This document shows, piece after piece, positions 25,401-42,000 of a stretch of DNA of 64,000 nt. The notes beneath the pieces were generated by a model. It saw only the letters and a program-made list of their open reading frames with translations, made no database searches and was not told the DNA's origin. Numbering within the stretch: the first letter of the stretch is position 1; each line of letters opens with the position of its first letter. Source of the stretch: Eledone cirrhosa (lineage: Eukaryota); contig OZ024747.1 of NCBI GenBank assembly GCA_964016885.1, forward strand, positions 22,506,001 to 22,570,000, written 5' to 3'. The position numbers and the translations under genes are program-made.

Positions 25401-28400
25401 CACACACATATAACTATACATATAACACACACACATATAACTATACATATAACACACACACATATAACTATACATATAACACACACACACATATAACTAT
25501 ACATATAACACACATACATATAACTATACATATAACACACACACATATAACTATACATATAACACACACACATATAACTATACATATAACACACACACAT
25601 ATAACTATACATATAACACACACACATATAACTATACATATAACACACAAACATATAACTATACATATAACACACACACATATAACTATACATATAACAC
25701 ACACACATATAACTATACATATAACACACACACACATATAACTATACATATAACACACATACATATAACTATACATATAACACACACACATATAACTATA
25801 CATATAACACACACACATATAACTATACATATAACACACACACATATAACTATACATATAACACACACACATATAATAACTATACATATAACACACATAC
25901 ATATAACTATACATATAACACACACACATATAACTATACATATAACACACACATATAACTATACATTAACACACACACATATAACTATACATATAACACA
26001 CACACATATAACTATACATATAACACACACACATATAACTATACATATAACACACACACATATAACTATACATATAACACACACACATATAACTATACAT
26101 ATAACACACACACATATAACTATACATATAACACACACACATATAACTATACATATAACACACACACATATAACTATACATATAACACACTACATATAAC
26201 TATACATATAACACACACACATATAACTATACATATAACACACACACATATAACTATACATATAACACACACACATATAACTATACATATAACACACACA
26301 CATATAAACTAAACTACATATAACACACAATAACTATACATATAACACACACACATATAACTATACATATAACACACACACATATAACTATACATATAAC
26401 ACACACACATATAACTATACATATAACACACACACATATAACTATACATATAACACACACACATATAACTATACATATAACACACACACATATAACTATA
26501 CATATAACACACACACATATAACTATACATATAACACACACACATATAACTATACATATAACACACATACATATAAATATACATATAACACACATACATA
26601 TAACTATACATATAACACACACACATATAACTATACATATAACACACATACATATAACTATACATATAACACACACACATATAACTATACATATAACACA
26701 CACACATATAACTATACATATAACACACACACATATAACTATACATATAACACACACACATATAACTATACATATAACACACACACATATAAACTATACA
26801 TATAACACACACACATATAACTATACATATAACACACAACATATAACTATACATATAACACACACACATATAACTATACATATAACACACATACATATAA
26901 CTATACATATAACACACACACATATAACTATACATATAACACACACACATATAACTATACATATAACACACACACATATAACTATACATATAACACACAC
27001 ACATATAACTATACATATAACACACACACATATAACTATACATATAACACACACACATATAACTATACATATAACACACACACATATAACTATACATATA
27101 ACACACACACATATAACTATACATATAACACACACATATAACTATACATATAACACACACACATATAACTATACATATAACACACACACATATAACTATA
27201 CATATAACACACACACATATAACTATACATATAACACACACACATATAACTATACATATAACACACACACATATAACTATACATATAACACACACAACAT
27301 ATAACTATACAATATAACACACACTATAACTATACATATAACACACACACATATAACTATACATATAACACACACACATATAACTATACATATAACACAC
27401 ATATAACTATACATATAACACACACACATATAACTATACATATAACACACACATACATATAACTATACATATAACACACACACAACACATATAACTATAC
27501 ATATAACACACACATACATATAACTATACATATAACACACACACACATATAACTATACATATAACACACATACATATAACTATACATATAACACACACAC
27601 AAATAACTATACATATAACACACACATATATAACTATACATAACACACACATATAACTATACATATAACACACACACATATAACTATACATATAACACAC
27701 ACACATATAACTATACATATAACACACACACATATAACTATACATATAACACACACACATATAACTATACATATAACACACACACACATATAACTATACA
27801 TATAACACACACCACATATAACTATACATATAACACACACACATATAACTATACATATAACACACACACATATAACTATACATATAACACACACACATAT
27901 AACTATACATATAACACACACACATATAACTATACATATAACACACACACATATAACTATACATATAACACACACACATATAACTATACATATAACACAC
28001 ACACATATAACTATACATATAACACACATACATATAACTATACATATAACACACACACATATAACTATACATATAACACACACACATATAACTATACATA
28101 TAACACACACACATATAACTATACATATAACACACACACATATAACTATACATATAACACACACACATATAACTATACATATAACACACACACATATAAC
28201 TATACATATAACACACACTACATATAACTATACATATAACACACACACATATAACTATACATATAACACACACACATATAACTATACATATAACACACAC
28301 ACATATAACTATACATATAACACACACACATATAACTATACATATAACACACACACATATAACTATACATATAACACACACACATATAACTATACATATA

Positions 28401-31051
28401 ACACAACATATAACTATACATATAACACACACACATATAACTATACATATAACACACACACATATAACTATACATATAACACACACACATATAACTATAC
28501 ATATAACACACACACATATAACTATACATATAACACACACACATATAACTATACATATAACACACACACATATAACTATACATATAACACACACACATAT
28601 AACTATACATATAACACACACACATATAACTATACATATAACACACACACATATAACTATACATATAACACACATACATATAACTATACATATAACACAC
28701 ACACATATAACTATACATATAACACACACACATATAACTATACATATAACACACACACATATAACTATACATATAACACACACACATATAACTATACATA
28801 TAACACACACACATATAACTATACATATAACACACACACATATAACTATACATATAACACACACACATATAACAACATATAAAAACACACACATATAACT
28901 ATACATATAACACACACACATATAACTATACATATAACACACATACATATAACTATACATATAACACACACACATATAACTATACATATAACACACACAC
29001 ATATAACTATACATATAACACACACACATATAACTATACATATAACACACACACATATAACTATACATATAACACACACACATATAACTATACATATAAC
29101 ACACACACATATAACTATACATATAACACACACACATATAACTATACATATAACACACACACATATAACTATACATATAACACACACATATAACTATACA
29201 TATAACACACACACATATATAACTATACATATAACACACACACATATAACTATACATATAACACACACACATATAACTATACATATAACACACACACATA
29301 TAACTATACATATAACACACATACATATAACTATACATATAACACACACACATATAACTATACATATAACACACACACATATAACTATACATATAACACA
29401 CACACATATAACTATACATATAACACACACACATATAACTATACATATAACACACACACATATAACTATACATATAACACACACAGCATATAACTATACA
29501 TATAACACACACACATATAACTATACATATAACACACACACATATAACTATACATATAACACACATACATATAACTATACATATAACACACACACATATA
29601 ACTATACATATAACACACACACATATAACTATACATATAACACACACACATATAACTATACATATAACACACACACATATAACTATACATATAACACACA
29701 ACATATAACTATACATATAACACACACACATATAACTATACATATAACACACACACATATAACTATACATATAACACACACACACATATAACTATACATA
29801 TAACACACACACATATAACTATACATATAACACACACACATATAAACTATACATATAACACACACACATATAACTATACATATAACACACACACATATAA
29901 CTATACATATAACACACACACATATAACTATACATATAACACACACACACATATAACTATACATATAACACACACACATATAACTATACATATAACACAC
30001 ACACATATAACTATACATATAACACACACACATATAACTATACATATAACACACACACATATAACTATACATATAACACACACACATATAACTATACATA
30101 TAACACACACACATATAACTATACATATAACACACACACATATAACTATACATATAACACACACACATATAACTATACATATAACACACACACATATAAC
30201 TATACATATAACACACACACATATAACTATACATATAACACACACACATATAACTATACATATAACACACACACATATAACTATACATATAACACACACA
30301 CATATAAATATACATATAACACACACACATATAACTATACATATAACACACACACATATAACTATACATATAACACACACACATATAACTATACATATAA
30401 CACACACACATATAACTATACATATAACACACACACATATAACTATACATATAACACACACAATATAACTATACATAAACACACACATATAACTATACAT
30501 ATAACACACACACATATAACTATACATATAACACACACACATATAACTATACATATAACCACACACACATATAACTATACATATAACACACACACATATA
30601 ACTATACATATAACACACACACATATAACTATACATATAACACACACACATATAACTATACATATAACACACACACATATAACTATACATATAACACACA
30701 CACATATAACTATACATATAACACACACACATATAACTATACATATAACACACACACATATAACTATACATATAACACCACAACATATAACTATACATAT
30801 AACACACACACATATAACTATACATATAACACACACACATATAACTATACATATAACACACACACATATAACTATACATATAACACACACACATATAACT
30901 ATACATATAACACACACACATATAACTATACATATAACACACACACATATAACTATACATATAACACACACACATATAACTATACATATAACCACACACA
31001 CATATAACTATACATATAACACACACACATATAACTATACATATAACACAC
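22451..31051 (-). repeat. 27-bp satellite, inverted block
   Basis: Same unit on the opposite strand (ACACACACATATAACTATACATATAAC). Abrupt switch at ...TGTTATATTATAGTTAACATATAACAC... Confidence 0.98.
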
Positions 31052-31251
31052 NNNNNNNNNNNNNNNNNNNNNNNNNNNNNNNNNNNNNNNNNNNNNNNNN
31101 NNNNNNNNNNNNNNNNNNNNNNNNNNNNNNNNNNNNNNNNNNNNNNNNNNNNNNNNNNNNNNNNNNNNNNNNNNNNNNNNNNNNNNNNNNNNNNNNNNNN
31201 NNNNNNNNNNNNNNNNNNNNNNNNNNNNNNNNNNNNNNNNNNNNNNNNNNN
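31052..31251. other. Assembly gap (200 N)
   Basis: Fixed-length N run, typical of a scaffolding gap. Confidence 1.
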
Positions 31252-34200
31252 TAGTTATATGTGTGTGTGTTATATGTATAGTTATATGTGTGTGTGTTAT
31301 ATGTATAGTTATATATGTGTGTGTTATATGTATAGTTATGTGTGTGTGTGTTATATGTATAGTTATATGTATGTGTGTTATATGTATAGTTATATGTGTG
31401 TGTGTTATATGTATAGTTATATGTGTGTGTGTTATATGTATAGTTATATGTGTGTGTGTTATATGTATAGTTATATGTGTGTGTGTTATATGTATAGTTA
31501 TATGTATGTGTGTTATATGTATAGTTATATGTGTGTGTGTGTTATATGTATAGTTATATGTATGTGTGTTATATGTATAGTTATATGTGTGTGTGTGTTA
31601 TATGTATAGTTATATGTGTGTGTGTTATATGTATAGTTATATGTGTGTGTGTTATATGTATAGTTATATGTGTGTGTGTTATATGTATAGTTATATGTGT
31701 GTGTGTTATATGTATAGTTATATGTATGTGTGTTATATGTATAGTTATATGTGTGTGTGTGTTATATGTATAGTTATATGTGTGTGTGTTATATGTATAG
31801 TTATATGTGTGTGTGTTATATGTATAGTTATATGTGTGTGTGTGTTATATGTATAGTTATATGTGTGTGTGTTATATGTATAGTTATATGTGTGTGTGTT
31901 ATATGTATAGTTATATGTGTGTGTGTTATATGTATAGTTATATGTGTGTGTGTTATATGTATAGTTATATGTGTGTGTTATATGTATAGTTATATGTGTG
32001 TGTGTTATATGTATAGTTATATGTGTGTGTGTTATATGTATAGTTATATGTGTGTGTTATATGTATAGTTATATGTGTGTGTGTTATATGTATAGTTATA
32101 TGTGTGTGTGTTATATGTATAGTTATATGTGTGTGTGTTATATGTATAGTTATATGTGTGTGTGTTATATGTATAGTTATATGTGTGTGTGTTATATGTA
32201 TAGTTATATATGTGTGTGTGTTATATGTATAGTTATATGTGTGTGTTATATGTATAGTTATATGTGTGTGTGTTATATGTATAGTTATATGTGTGTGTGT
32301 TATATGTATAGTTATATGTGTGTGTGTTATATGTATAGTTATATGTATGTGTGTTATATGTATAGTTATATGTGTGTGTGTTATATGTATAGTTATATGT
32401 GTGTGTGTTATATGTATAGTTATATGTGTGTGTGTTATATGTATAGTTATATGTGTGTGTGTTATATGTATAGTTATATGTGTGTGTGTTATATGTATAG
32501 TTATATGTGTGTGTGTTATATGTATAGTTATATGTATGTGTGTTATATGTATAGTTATATGTGTGTGTGTTATATGTATAGTTATATGTGTGTGTGTTAT
32601 ATGTATAGTTATATGTGTGTGTTATATGTATAGTTATATGTGTGTGTGTTATATGTATAGTTATATGTGTGTGTGTTATATGTATAGTTATATGTGTGTG
32701 TGTTATATGTATAGTTATATGTATGTGTGTTATATGTATAGTTATATGTGTGTGTGTTATATGTATAGTTATATGTGTGTGTGTTATATGTATAGTTATA
32801 TGTGTGTGTGTTATATGTATAGTTATATGTGTGTGTGTTATATGTATAGTTATATGTGTGTGTGTTATATGTATAGTTATATGTGTGTGTGTTATATGTA
32901 TAGTTATATGTAGTGTGTGTTATATGTATAGTTATATGTGTGTGTTATATGTATAGTTATATGTGTGTGTGTTATATGTATAGTTATATGTATGTGTGTT
33001 ATATGTATAGTTATATGTGTGTGTGTTATATGTATAGTTATATGTGTGTGTTATATGTATAGTTATATGTGTGTGTGTTATATGTATAGTTATATGTGTG
33101 TGTGTTATATGTATAGTTATATGTGTGTGTGTTATATGTATAGTTATATGTGTGTGTGTTATATGTATAGTTATATGTGTGTGTGTTATATGTATAGTTA
33201 TATGTGTGTGTGTTATATGTATAGTTATATGTGTGTGTGTTATATGTATAGTTATATGTGTGTGTGTTATATGTATAGTTATATGTGTGTGTGTTATATG
33301 TATAGTTATATGTGTGTGTGTTATATGTATAGTTATATGTGTGTGTGTTATATGTATAGTTATATGTGTGTGTGTTATATGTATAGTTATATGTGTGTGT
33401 GTTATATGTATAGTTATATGTGTGTGTGTTATATGTATAGTTATATGTATGTGTGTTATATGTATAGTTATATGTGTGTGTGTTATATGTATAGTTATAT
33501 GTGTGTGTGTTATATGTATAGTTATATGTGTGTGTGTTATATGTATAGTTATATGTGTGTGTGTTATATTGTATAGTTATATATTGTGTGTGTTATATGT
33601 ATAGTTATATGTGTGTGTGTTATATGTATAGTTATATGTAGTGTGTGTTATATGTATAGTTATATGTGTGTGTGTTATATGTATAGTTATATGTATGTGT
33701 GTTATATGTATAGTTATATGTGTGTGTGTTATATGTATAGTTATATGTGTGTGTGTTATATGTATAGTTATATGTGTGTGTGTTATATGTATAGTTATAT
33801 GTGTGTGTGTTATATGTATAGTTATATGTATGTGTGTTATATGTATAGTTATATGTTGTGTGTGTTATATGTATAGTTATATGTGTGTGTGTTATATGTA
33901 TAGTTATATGTGTGTGTGTTATATGTATAGTTATATGTGTGTGTGTTATATGTATAGTTATATGTGTGTGTGTTATATGTATAGTTATATGTATGTGTGT
34001 TATATGTATAGTTATATGTGTGTGTGTTATATGTATAGTTATATGTGTGTGTGTTATATGTATAGTTATATGTGTGTGTGTTATATGTATAGTTATATGT
34101 GTGTGTGTTATATGTATAGTTATATGTGTGTGTGTTATATGTATAGTTATATGTGTGTGTGTTATATGTATAGTTATATGTGTGTGTGTTATATGTATAG

Positions 34201-35884
34201 TTATATGTGTGTTATATGTATAGTTATATGTGTGTGTGTTATATGTATAGTTATATGTGTGTGTGTTATATGTATAGTTATATGTGTGTGTTATATGTAT
34301 AGTTATATGTGTGTGTGTTATATGTATAGTTATATGTGTGTGTGTTATATGTATAGTTATATGTGTGTGTGTTATATGTATAGTTATATGTGTGTGTGTT
34401 ATATGTATAGTTATATGTGTGTGTGTTATATGTATAGTTATATGTGTGTGTGTTATATGTATAGTTATATGTGTGTGTTATATGTATAGTTATATGTGTG
34501 TGTGTTATATGTATAGTTATATGTGTGTGTGTTATATGTATAGTTATATGTGTGTGTGTTATATGTATAGTTATATGTGTGTGTGTTATATGTATAGTTA
34601 TATGTGTGTGTGTTATATGTATAGTTATATGTATGTGTGTTATATGTATAGTTATATGTGTGTGTGTTATATGTATAGTTATATGTGTGTGTGTTATATG
34701 TATAGTTATATGTGTGTGTGTTATATGTATAGTTATATGTGTGTGTGTTATATGTATAGTTATATGTGTGTGTGTTATATGTATAGTTATATGTGTGTGT
34801 GTTATATGTATAGTTATATGTATGTGTGTTATATGTATAGTTATATGTGTGTGTGTTATATGTATAGTTATATGTGTGTGTGTTATATGTATAGTTATAT
34901 GTGTGTGTTATATGTATAGTTATATGTGTGTGTGTTATATGTATAGTTATATGTGTGTGTGTTATATGTATAGTTATATGTGTGTGTGTTATATGTATAG
35001 TTATATGTGTGTGTGTTATATGTATAGTTATATGTGTGTGTGTTATATGTATAGTTATATGTGTGTGTGTTATATGTATAGTTATATGTGTGTGTGTTAT
35101 ATGTATAGTTATATGTGTGTGTGTTATATGTATAGTTATATGTGTGTGTGTTATATGTATAGTTATATGTGTGTGTGTTATATGTATAGTTATATGTGTG
35201 TGTGTTATATGTATAGTTATATGTGTGTGTGTTATATGTATAGTTATATGTGTGTGTTATATGTATAGTTATATGTGTGTGTGTTATATGTATAGTTATA
35301 TGTGTGTGTGTTATATGTATAGTTATATGTGTGTGTGTTATATGTATAGTTATATGTGTGTGTGTTATATGTATAGTTATATGTGTGTGTGTTATATGTA
35401 TAGTTATATGTGTGTGTGTTATATGTATAGTTATATGTGTGTGTGTTATATGTATAGTTATATGTGTGTGTGTTATATGTATAGTTATATGTGTGTGTGT
35501 GTTATATGTATAGTTATATGTATGTGTGTTATATGTATAGTTATATGTGTGTGTGTTATATGTATAGTTATATGTGTGTGTGTTATATGTATAGTTATAT
35601 GTGTGTGTGTTATATGTATAGTTATATGTGTGTGTGTTATATGTATAGTTATATGTGTGTGTGTTATATGTATAGTTATATGTATGTGTGTTATATGTAT
35701 AGTTATATGTATGTGTGTTATATGTATAGTTATATGTGTGTGTGTGTTATATGTATAGTTATATGTGTGTGTGTTATATGTATAGTTATATGTGTGTGTG
35801 TGTTATATGTATAGTTATATGTAGTGTGTGTTATATGTATAGTTATATGTGTGTGTGTTATATGTATAGTTATATGTGTGTGTG

Positions 35885-36055
35885 TTGCAGTATCGTAGAG
35901 GGTCTGACGCCATGCTTTCCAGCATAGTTACGTCCCTTTATGATCTGAGTTCAAATCCCGCCGAGGTTGACTTTGCCTTTCATCCTTACGGGGTCGATAA
36001 AATAAAGTACCAGTAATGCACTGGGTAATTGCTGGCCTTATGCCTAAAGTAGACT
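35885..36055 (+). mobile_element. Meta/MESC-domain tRNA SINE embedded in the satellite (copy 1)
   Basis: TTGCAGTATCGTAGAGGGTCTGAC...CTGAGTTCAAATCCCGCCGAGGTTGACTTTGCCTTTCATCCTTACGGGGTCGATAAAATAAAGTACCAGT... Confidence 0.85.
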
Positions 36056-39000
36056 GTTATATGTATAGTTATATGTATGTGTGTTATATGTATAGTTATA
36101 TGTGTGTGTGTTATATGTATAGTTATATGTGTGTGTGTTATATGTATAGTTATATGTAGTGTGTGTTATATGTATAGTTATATGTATGTGTGTTATATGT
36201 ATAGTTATATGTGTGTGTGTGTTATATGTATAGTTATATGTGTGTGTGTTATATGTATAGTTATATGTTGTGTGTGTTATATGTATAGTTATATGTGTGT
36301 GTGTTATATGTATAGTTATATGTGTGTGTGTTATATGTATAGTTATATGTGTGTGTGTTATATGTATAGTTATATGTGTGTGTGTTATATGTATAGTTAT
36401 ATGTGTGTGTGTTATATGTATAGTTATATGTGTGTGTGTTATATGTATAGTTATATGTGTGTGTGTTATATGTATAGTTATATGTGTGTGTGTTATATGT
36501 ATAGTTATATGTGTGTGTGTTATATGTATAGTTATATGTGTGTGTGTTATATGTATAGTTATATGTGTGTGTGTTATATGTATAGTTATATGTGTGTGTG
36601 TTATATGTATAGTTATATGTGTGTGTGTTATATGTATAGTTATATGTGTGTGTGTTATATGTATAGTTATATGTGTGTGTGTTATATGTATAGTTATATG
36701 TGTGTGTGTTATATGTATAGTTATATGTGTGTGTGTTATATGTATAGTTATATGTGTGTGTGTTATATGTATAGTTATATGTGTGTGTGTTATATGTATA
36801 GTTATATGTGTGTGTGTTATATGTATAGTTATATGTGTGTGTGTTATATGTATAGTTATATGTGTGTGTGTTATATGTATAGTTATATGTGTGTGTGTTA
36901 TATGTATAGTTATATGTGTGTGTGTTATATGTATAGTTATATGTGTGTGTGTTATATGTATAGTTATATGTGTGTGTGTTATATGTATAGTTATATGTGT
37001 GTGTGTTATATGTATAGTTATATGTATGTGTGTTATATGTATAGTTATATGTATGTGTGTTATATGTATAGTTATATGTTGTGTGTTATATGTATAGTTA
37101 TATGTGTGTGTGTTATATGTATAGTTATATGTGTGTGTGTTATATGTATAGTTATATGTGTGTGTGTTATATGTATAGTTATATGTGTGTGTGTTATATG
37201 TATAGTTATATGTGTGTGTGTTATATGTATAGTTATATGTGTGTGTGTTATATGTATAGTTATATGTGTGTGTGTTATATGTATAGTTATATGTATGTGT
37301 GTTATATGTATAGTTATATGTGTGTGTGTTATATGTATAGTTATATGTGTGTGTGTTATATGTATAGTTATATGTGTGTGTGTTATATGTATAGTTATAT
37401 GTAGTGTGTGTTATATGTATAGTTATATGTGTGTGTGTTATATGTATAGTTATATGTGTGTGTGTTATATGTATAGTTATATGTGTGTGTGTGTTATATG
37501 TATAGTATATGTATAGTTATATGTGTGTGTTATATGTATAGTTATATGTGTGTGTGTTATATGTATAGTTATATGTGTGTGTGTTATATGTATAGTTATA
37601 TGTGTGTGTGTTATATGTATAGTTATATGTATGTGTGTTATATGTATAGTTATATGTGTGTGTTATATGTATAGTTATATGTTAGTGTGTGTTATATGTA
37701 TAGTTATATGTATGTGTGTTATATGTAATAGTTATATGTGTGTGTGTTTTATGTATAGTTATATGTGTGTGTGTTATATGTATAGTTATATGTGTGTGTG
37801 TTATATGTATAGTTATATGTATGTGTGTTATATGTATAGTTATATGTGTGTGTGTTATATGTATAGTTATATGTGTGTGTGTTATATGTATAGTTATATG
37901 TGTGTGTGTTATATGTATAGTTATTTGTGTATGTGTTATATGTGTGTTGTTATATGTGTGTGTGTTTATAGTTGTTTTGTGTGTGTGTTATATGTATAGT
38001 TATATGTGTGTGTTGTGTATATGTTATATGTATATGTGTGTTATATGTGTATAGTTATATGTGTGTGTTTGTTATATGTTAGTAGTTATATGTTGTGTGT
38101 GTTATGTTTGTTATATGTGTGTGTTATATGTATAGTTATATGTGTGTGTGTTATATGTTATAGTTATATGTGTGTGTTGTATAGTTATATTGTGTGTTAT
38201 AGTTATTATGTGTGTGTGTTATATGTATAGTTTATATGTGTGTGTGTTATATGTATAGTTATATGTGTGTGTGTTATATGTATAGTTATATGTGTGTGTG
38301 TTATATGTATAGTTATATGTGTGTGTGTTATATGTATAGTTATATGTATGTGTGTTATATGTATAGTTATATGTGTGTGTGTTATATGTATAGTTATATG
38401 TGTGTGTGTTATATGTATAGTTATATGTGTGTGTGTTATATGTATAGTTATATGTGTGTGTGTTATATGTATAGTTATATGTGTGTGTGTTATATGTATA
38501 GTTATATGTGTGTGTGTTATATGTATAGTTATATGGTATATGTTTGTGTTATATGTATAGTTATATGTGTGTGTGTTATATGTATAGTTATATGTGTGTG
38601 TGTTATATGTATAGTTATATGTGTGTGTGTTATATGTATAGTTATATGTTGTGTGTTATATGTATAGTTATATGTGTTGTGTTATATGTATAGTTATATG
38701 TGTGTGTGTTATATGTATAGTTATATGTGTGTGTGTTATATGTATAGTTATATGTGTGTGTGTATATGTATAGTTATATGTGTGTGTGTTATATGTATAG
38801 TTATATGTATGTGTGTTATATGTATAGTTATATGTGTGTGTGTTATATGTATAGTTATATGTTGTGTGTTATATGTATAGTTATATGTGTGTGTGTTTAG
38901 TATAGTTATATGTATGTGTGTGTTATATGTATAGTTATATGTGTGTGTGTTATATGTATAGTTATATTTATGTGTGTGTGTTATATGTATAGTTATATGT

Positions 39001-42000
39001 GTGTGTGTATATGTATAGTTATATGTGTGTGTTATATGTATAGTTATATGTGTGTGTGTTATATGTATAGTTATATGTGTGTGTGTTATATGTATAGTTA
39101 TATGTGTGTGTGTTATATGTATAGTTATATGTGTGTGTGTTATATGTATAGTTATATGTGTGTGTGTTATATGTATAGTTATATGTGTGTGTGTTATATG
39201 TATAGTTATATGTGTGTGTGTTATATGTATAGTTATATGTGTGTGTGTTATATGTATAGTTATATGTGTGTGTGTTATATGTATAGTTATATGTGTGTGT
39301 GTTATATGTATAGGTTATATGTATGTGTGTTATATGTATAGTTATATGTGTGTGTGTTATATGTATAGTTATATGTGTGTGTGTTATATGTATAGTTTAT
39401 ATGTGTGTGTGTTATATGTATAGTTATATGTGTGTGTGTTATATGTATAGTTATATGTGTGTGTGTTATATGTATAGTTATATGTGTGTGTGTTATATGT
39501 ATAGTTATATGTGTGTGTGTTATATGTATAGTTATATGTGTGTGTGTTATATGTATAGTTTATGTATGTGTGTTATATGTATAGTTATATGTGTGTGTGT
39601 TATATGTATAGTTATATGTGTGTGTGTATATGTATAGTTATATGTGTGTATATGTATAGTTATAGTGTGTGTGTTATATGTATAGTTATATGTGTGTGTT
39701 ATATGTATAGTTATATTGTGTGTTATATGTATAGTTATATGTGTGTGTTATATGTATAGTTATATGTGTGTGTGTTATATGTATAGTTATATGTGTGTGT
39801 GTTATATGTATAGTTATATGTGTGTGTGTGTTATATGTATAGTTATATGTGTGTGTGTTATATGTATAGTTATATGTGTGTGTGTTATATGTATAGTTAT
39901 ATGTGTGTGTGTTATATGTATAGTTATATGTGTGTGTGTTATATGTATAGTTATATGTGTGTTTATGTATAGTTATATGTGTGTGTGTTATATGTATAGT
40001 TATATGTGTGTGTGTTATATGTATAGTTATATGTTGTGTGTTATATGTATAGTTATATGTGTGTGTGTTATATGTATAGTTATATGTGTGTGTGTTATAT
40101 GTATAGTTATATGTGTGTGTGTTATATGTATAGTTATATGTGTGTGTTATATGTATAGTTATATGTGTGTGTTATATGTATAGTTATATGTGTGTGTTAT
40201 ATGTATAGTTATATGTGTGTGTGTTATATGTATAGTTATATGTGTGTGTGTTATATGTATAGTTATATGTGTGTGTGTTATATGTATAGTTATATGTGTG
40301 TGTGTTATATGTATAGTTATATGTGTGTGTGTTATATGTATAGTTATATGTATGTGTGTTATATGTATAGTTATATGTGTGTGTGTTATATGTATAGTTA
40401 TATGTGTGTGTGTTATATGTATAGTTATATGTGTGTGTGTTATATGTATAGTTATATGTGTGTGTGTTATATGTATAGTTATATGTGTGTGTGTTTATAT
40501 GTATAGTTATATGTGTGTGTGTTATATGTATAGTTATATGTGTGTGTGTTATATGTATAGTTATATGTGTGTGTGTTATATGTATAGTTATATGTGTGTG
40601 TGTTATATGTATAGTTATATGTGTGTGTGTTATATGTATAGTTATATGTGTGTGTGTTATATGTATAGTTATATGTGTGTGTGTTATATGTATAGTTATA
40701 TGTGTGTGTGTTATATGTATAGTTATATGTGTGTGTGTTATATGTATAGTTATATGTGTGTGTGTTATATGTATAGTTATATGTGTGTGTGTTATATGTA
40801 TAGTTATTATGTGTGTGTGTTATATGTATAGTTTATATGTGTGTGTGTTATATGTATAGTTATATGTGTGTGTGTTATATGTATAGTTATATGTGTGTGT
40901 GTTATATGTATAGTTATATGTGTGTGTGTTATATGTATAGTTTATATGTGTGTGTGTTATATGTATAGTTATATGTGTGTGTGTTATATGTATAGTTATA
41001 TATGTGTGTGTTATATGTATAGTTATATGTGTGTGTGTTATATGTATAGTTATATGTGTGTGTGTTATATGTATAGTTATATGTGTGTGTGTTATATGTA
41101 TAGTTATATGTGTGTGTGTTATATGTATAGTTATATGTGTGTGTATAGTTATATGTATGTGTGTTATATGTATAGTTATATGTGTGTGTGTTATATGTAT
41201 AGTTATATGTGTGTGTTATATGTATAGTTATATGTGTGTGTGTTATATGTATAGTTATATGTGTGTGTGTTATATGTATAGTTATATGTCTGTGTGTTAT
41301 ATGTATAGTTATATGTGTGTGTGTTATATGTATAGTTATATGTGTGTGTGTTATATGTATAGTTATATGTGTGTGTGTTATATGTATAGTTATATGTATG
41401 TGTGTTATATGTATAGTTATATGTGTGTGTGTTATATGTATAGTTATATGTGTGTGTGTTATATGTATAGTTATATGTGTGTGTGTTATATGTATAGTTA
41501 TATGTGTGTGTGTTATATGTATAGTTATATGTGTGTGTGTTATATGTATAGTTATATGTGTGTGTGTTATATGTATAGTATATATGTGTGTGTGTTATAT
41601 GTATAGTTATATGTGTGTGTGTTATATGTATAGTTATATGTGTGTGTGTTATATGTATAGTTATATGTGTGTGTGTTATATGTATAGTTATATGTGTGTG
41701 TGTTATATGTATAGTTATATGTGTGTGTGTTATATGTATAGTATATGTGTGTGTGTTATATGTATAGTTATATGTATGTGTGTTATATGTATAGTTATAT
41801 ATGTGTGTGTGTTATATGTATAGTTATATGTGTGTGTGTTATATGTATAGTTATATGTGTGTGTGTTATATGTATAGTTATATGTGTGTGTGTTATATGT
41901 ATAGTTATATGTATGTGTGTTATATGTATAGTTATATGTATGTGTGTTATATGTATAGTTATATGTGTGTGTGTTATATGTATAGTTTATATGTATGTGT

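Noticed and set aside
37900-38230. Distinct diverged sub-repeat within the satellite
   Set aside because: Irregular indels and substitutions without periodicity, most consistent with low-quality consensus sequence.
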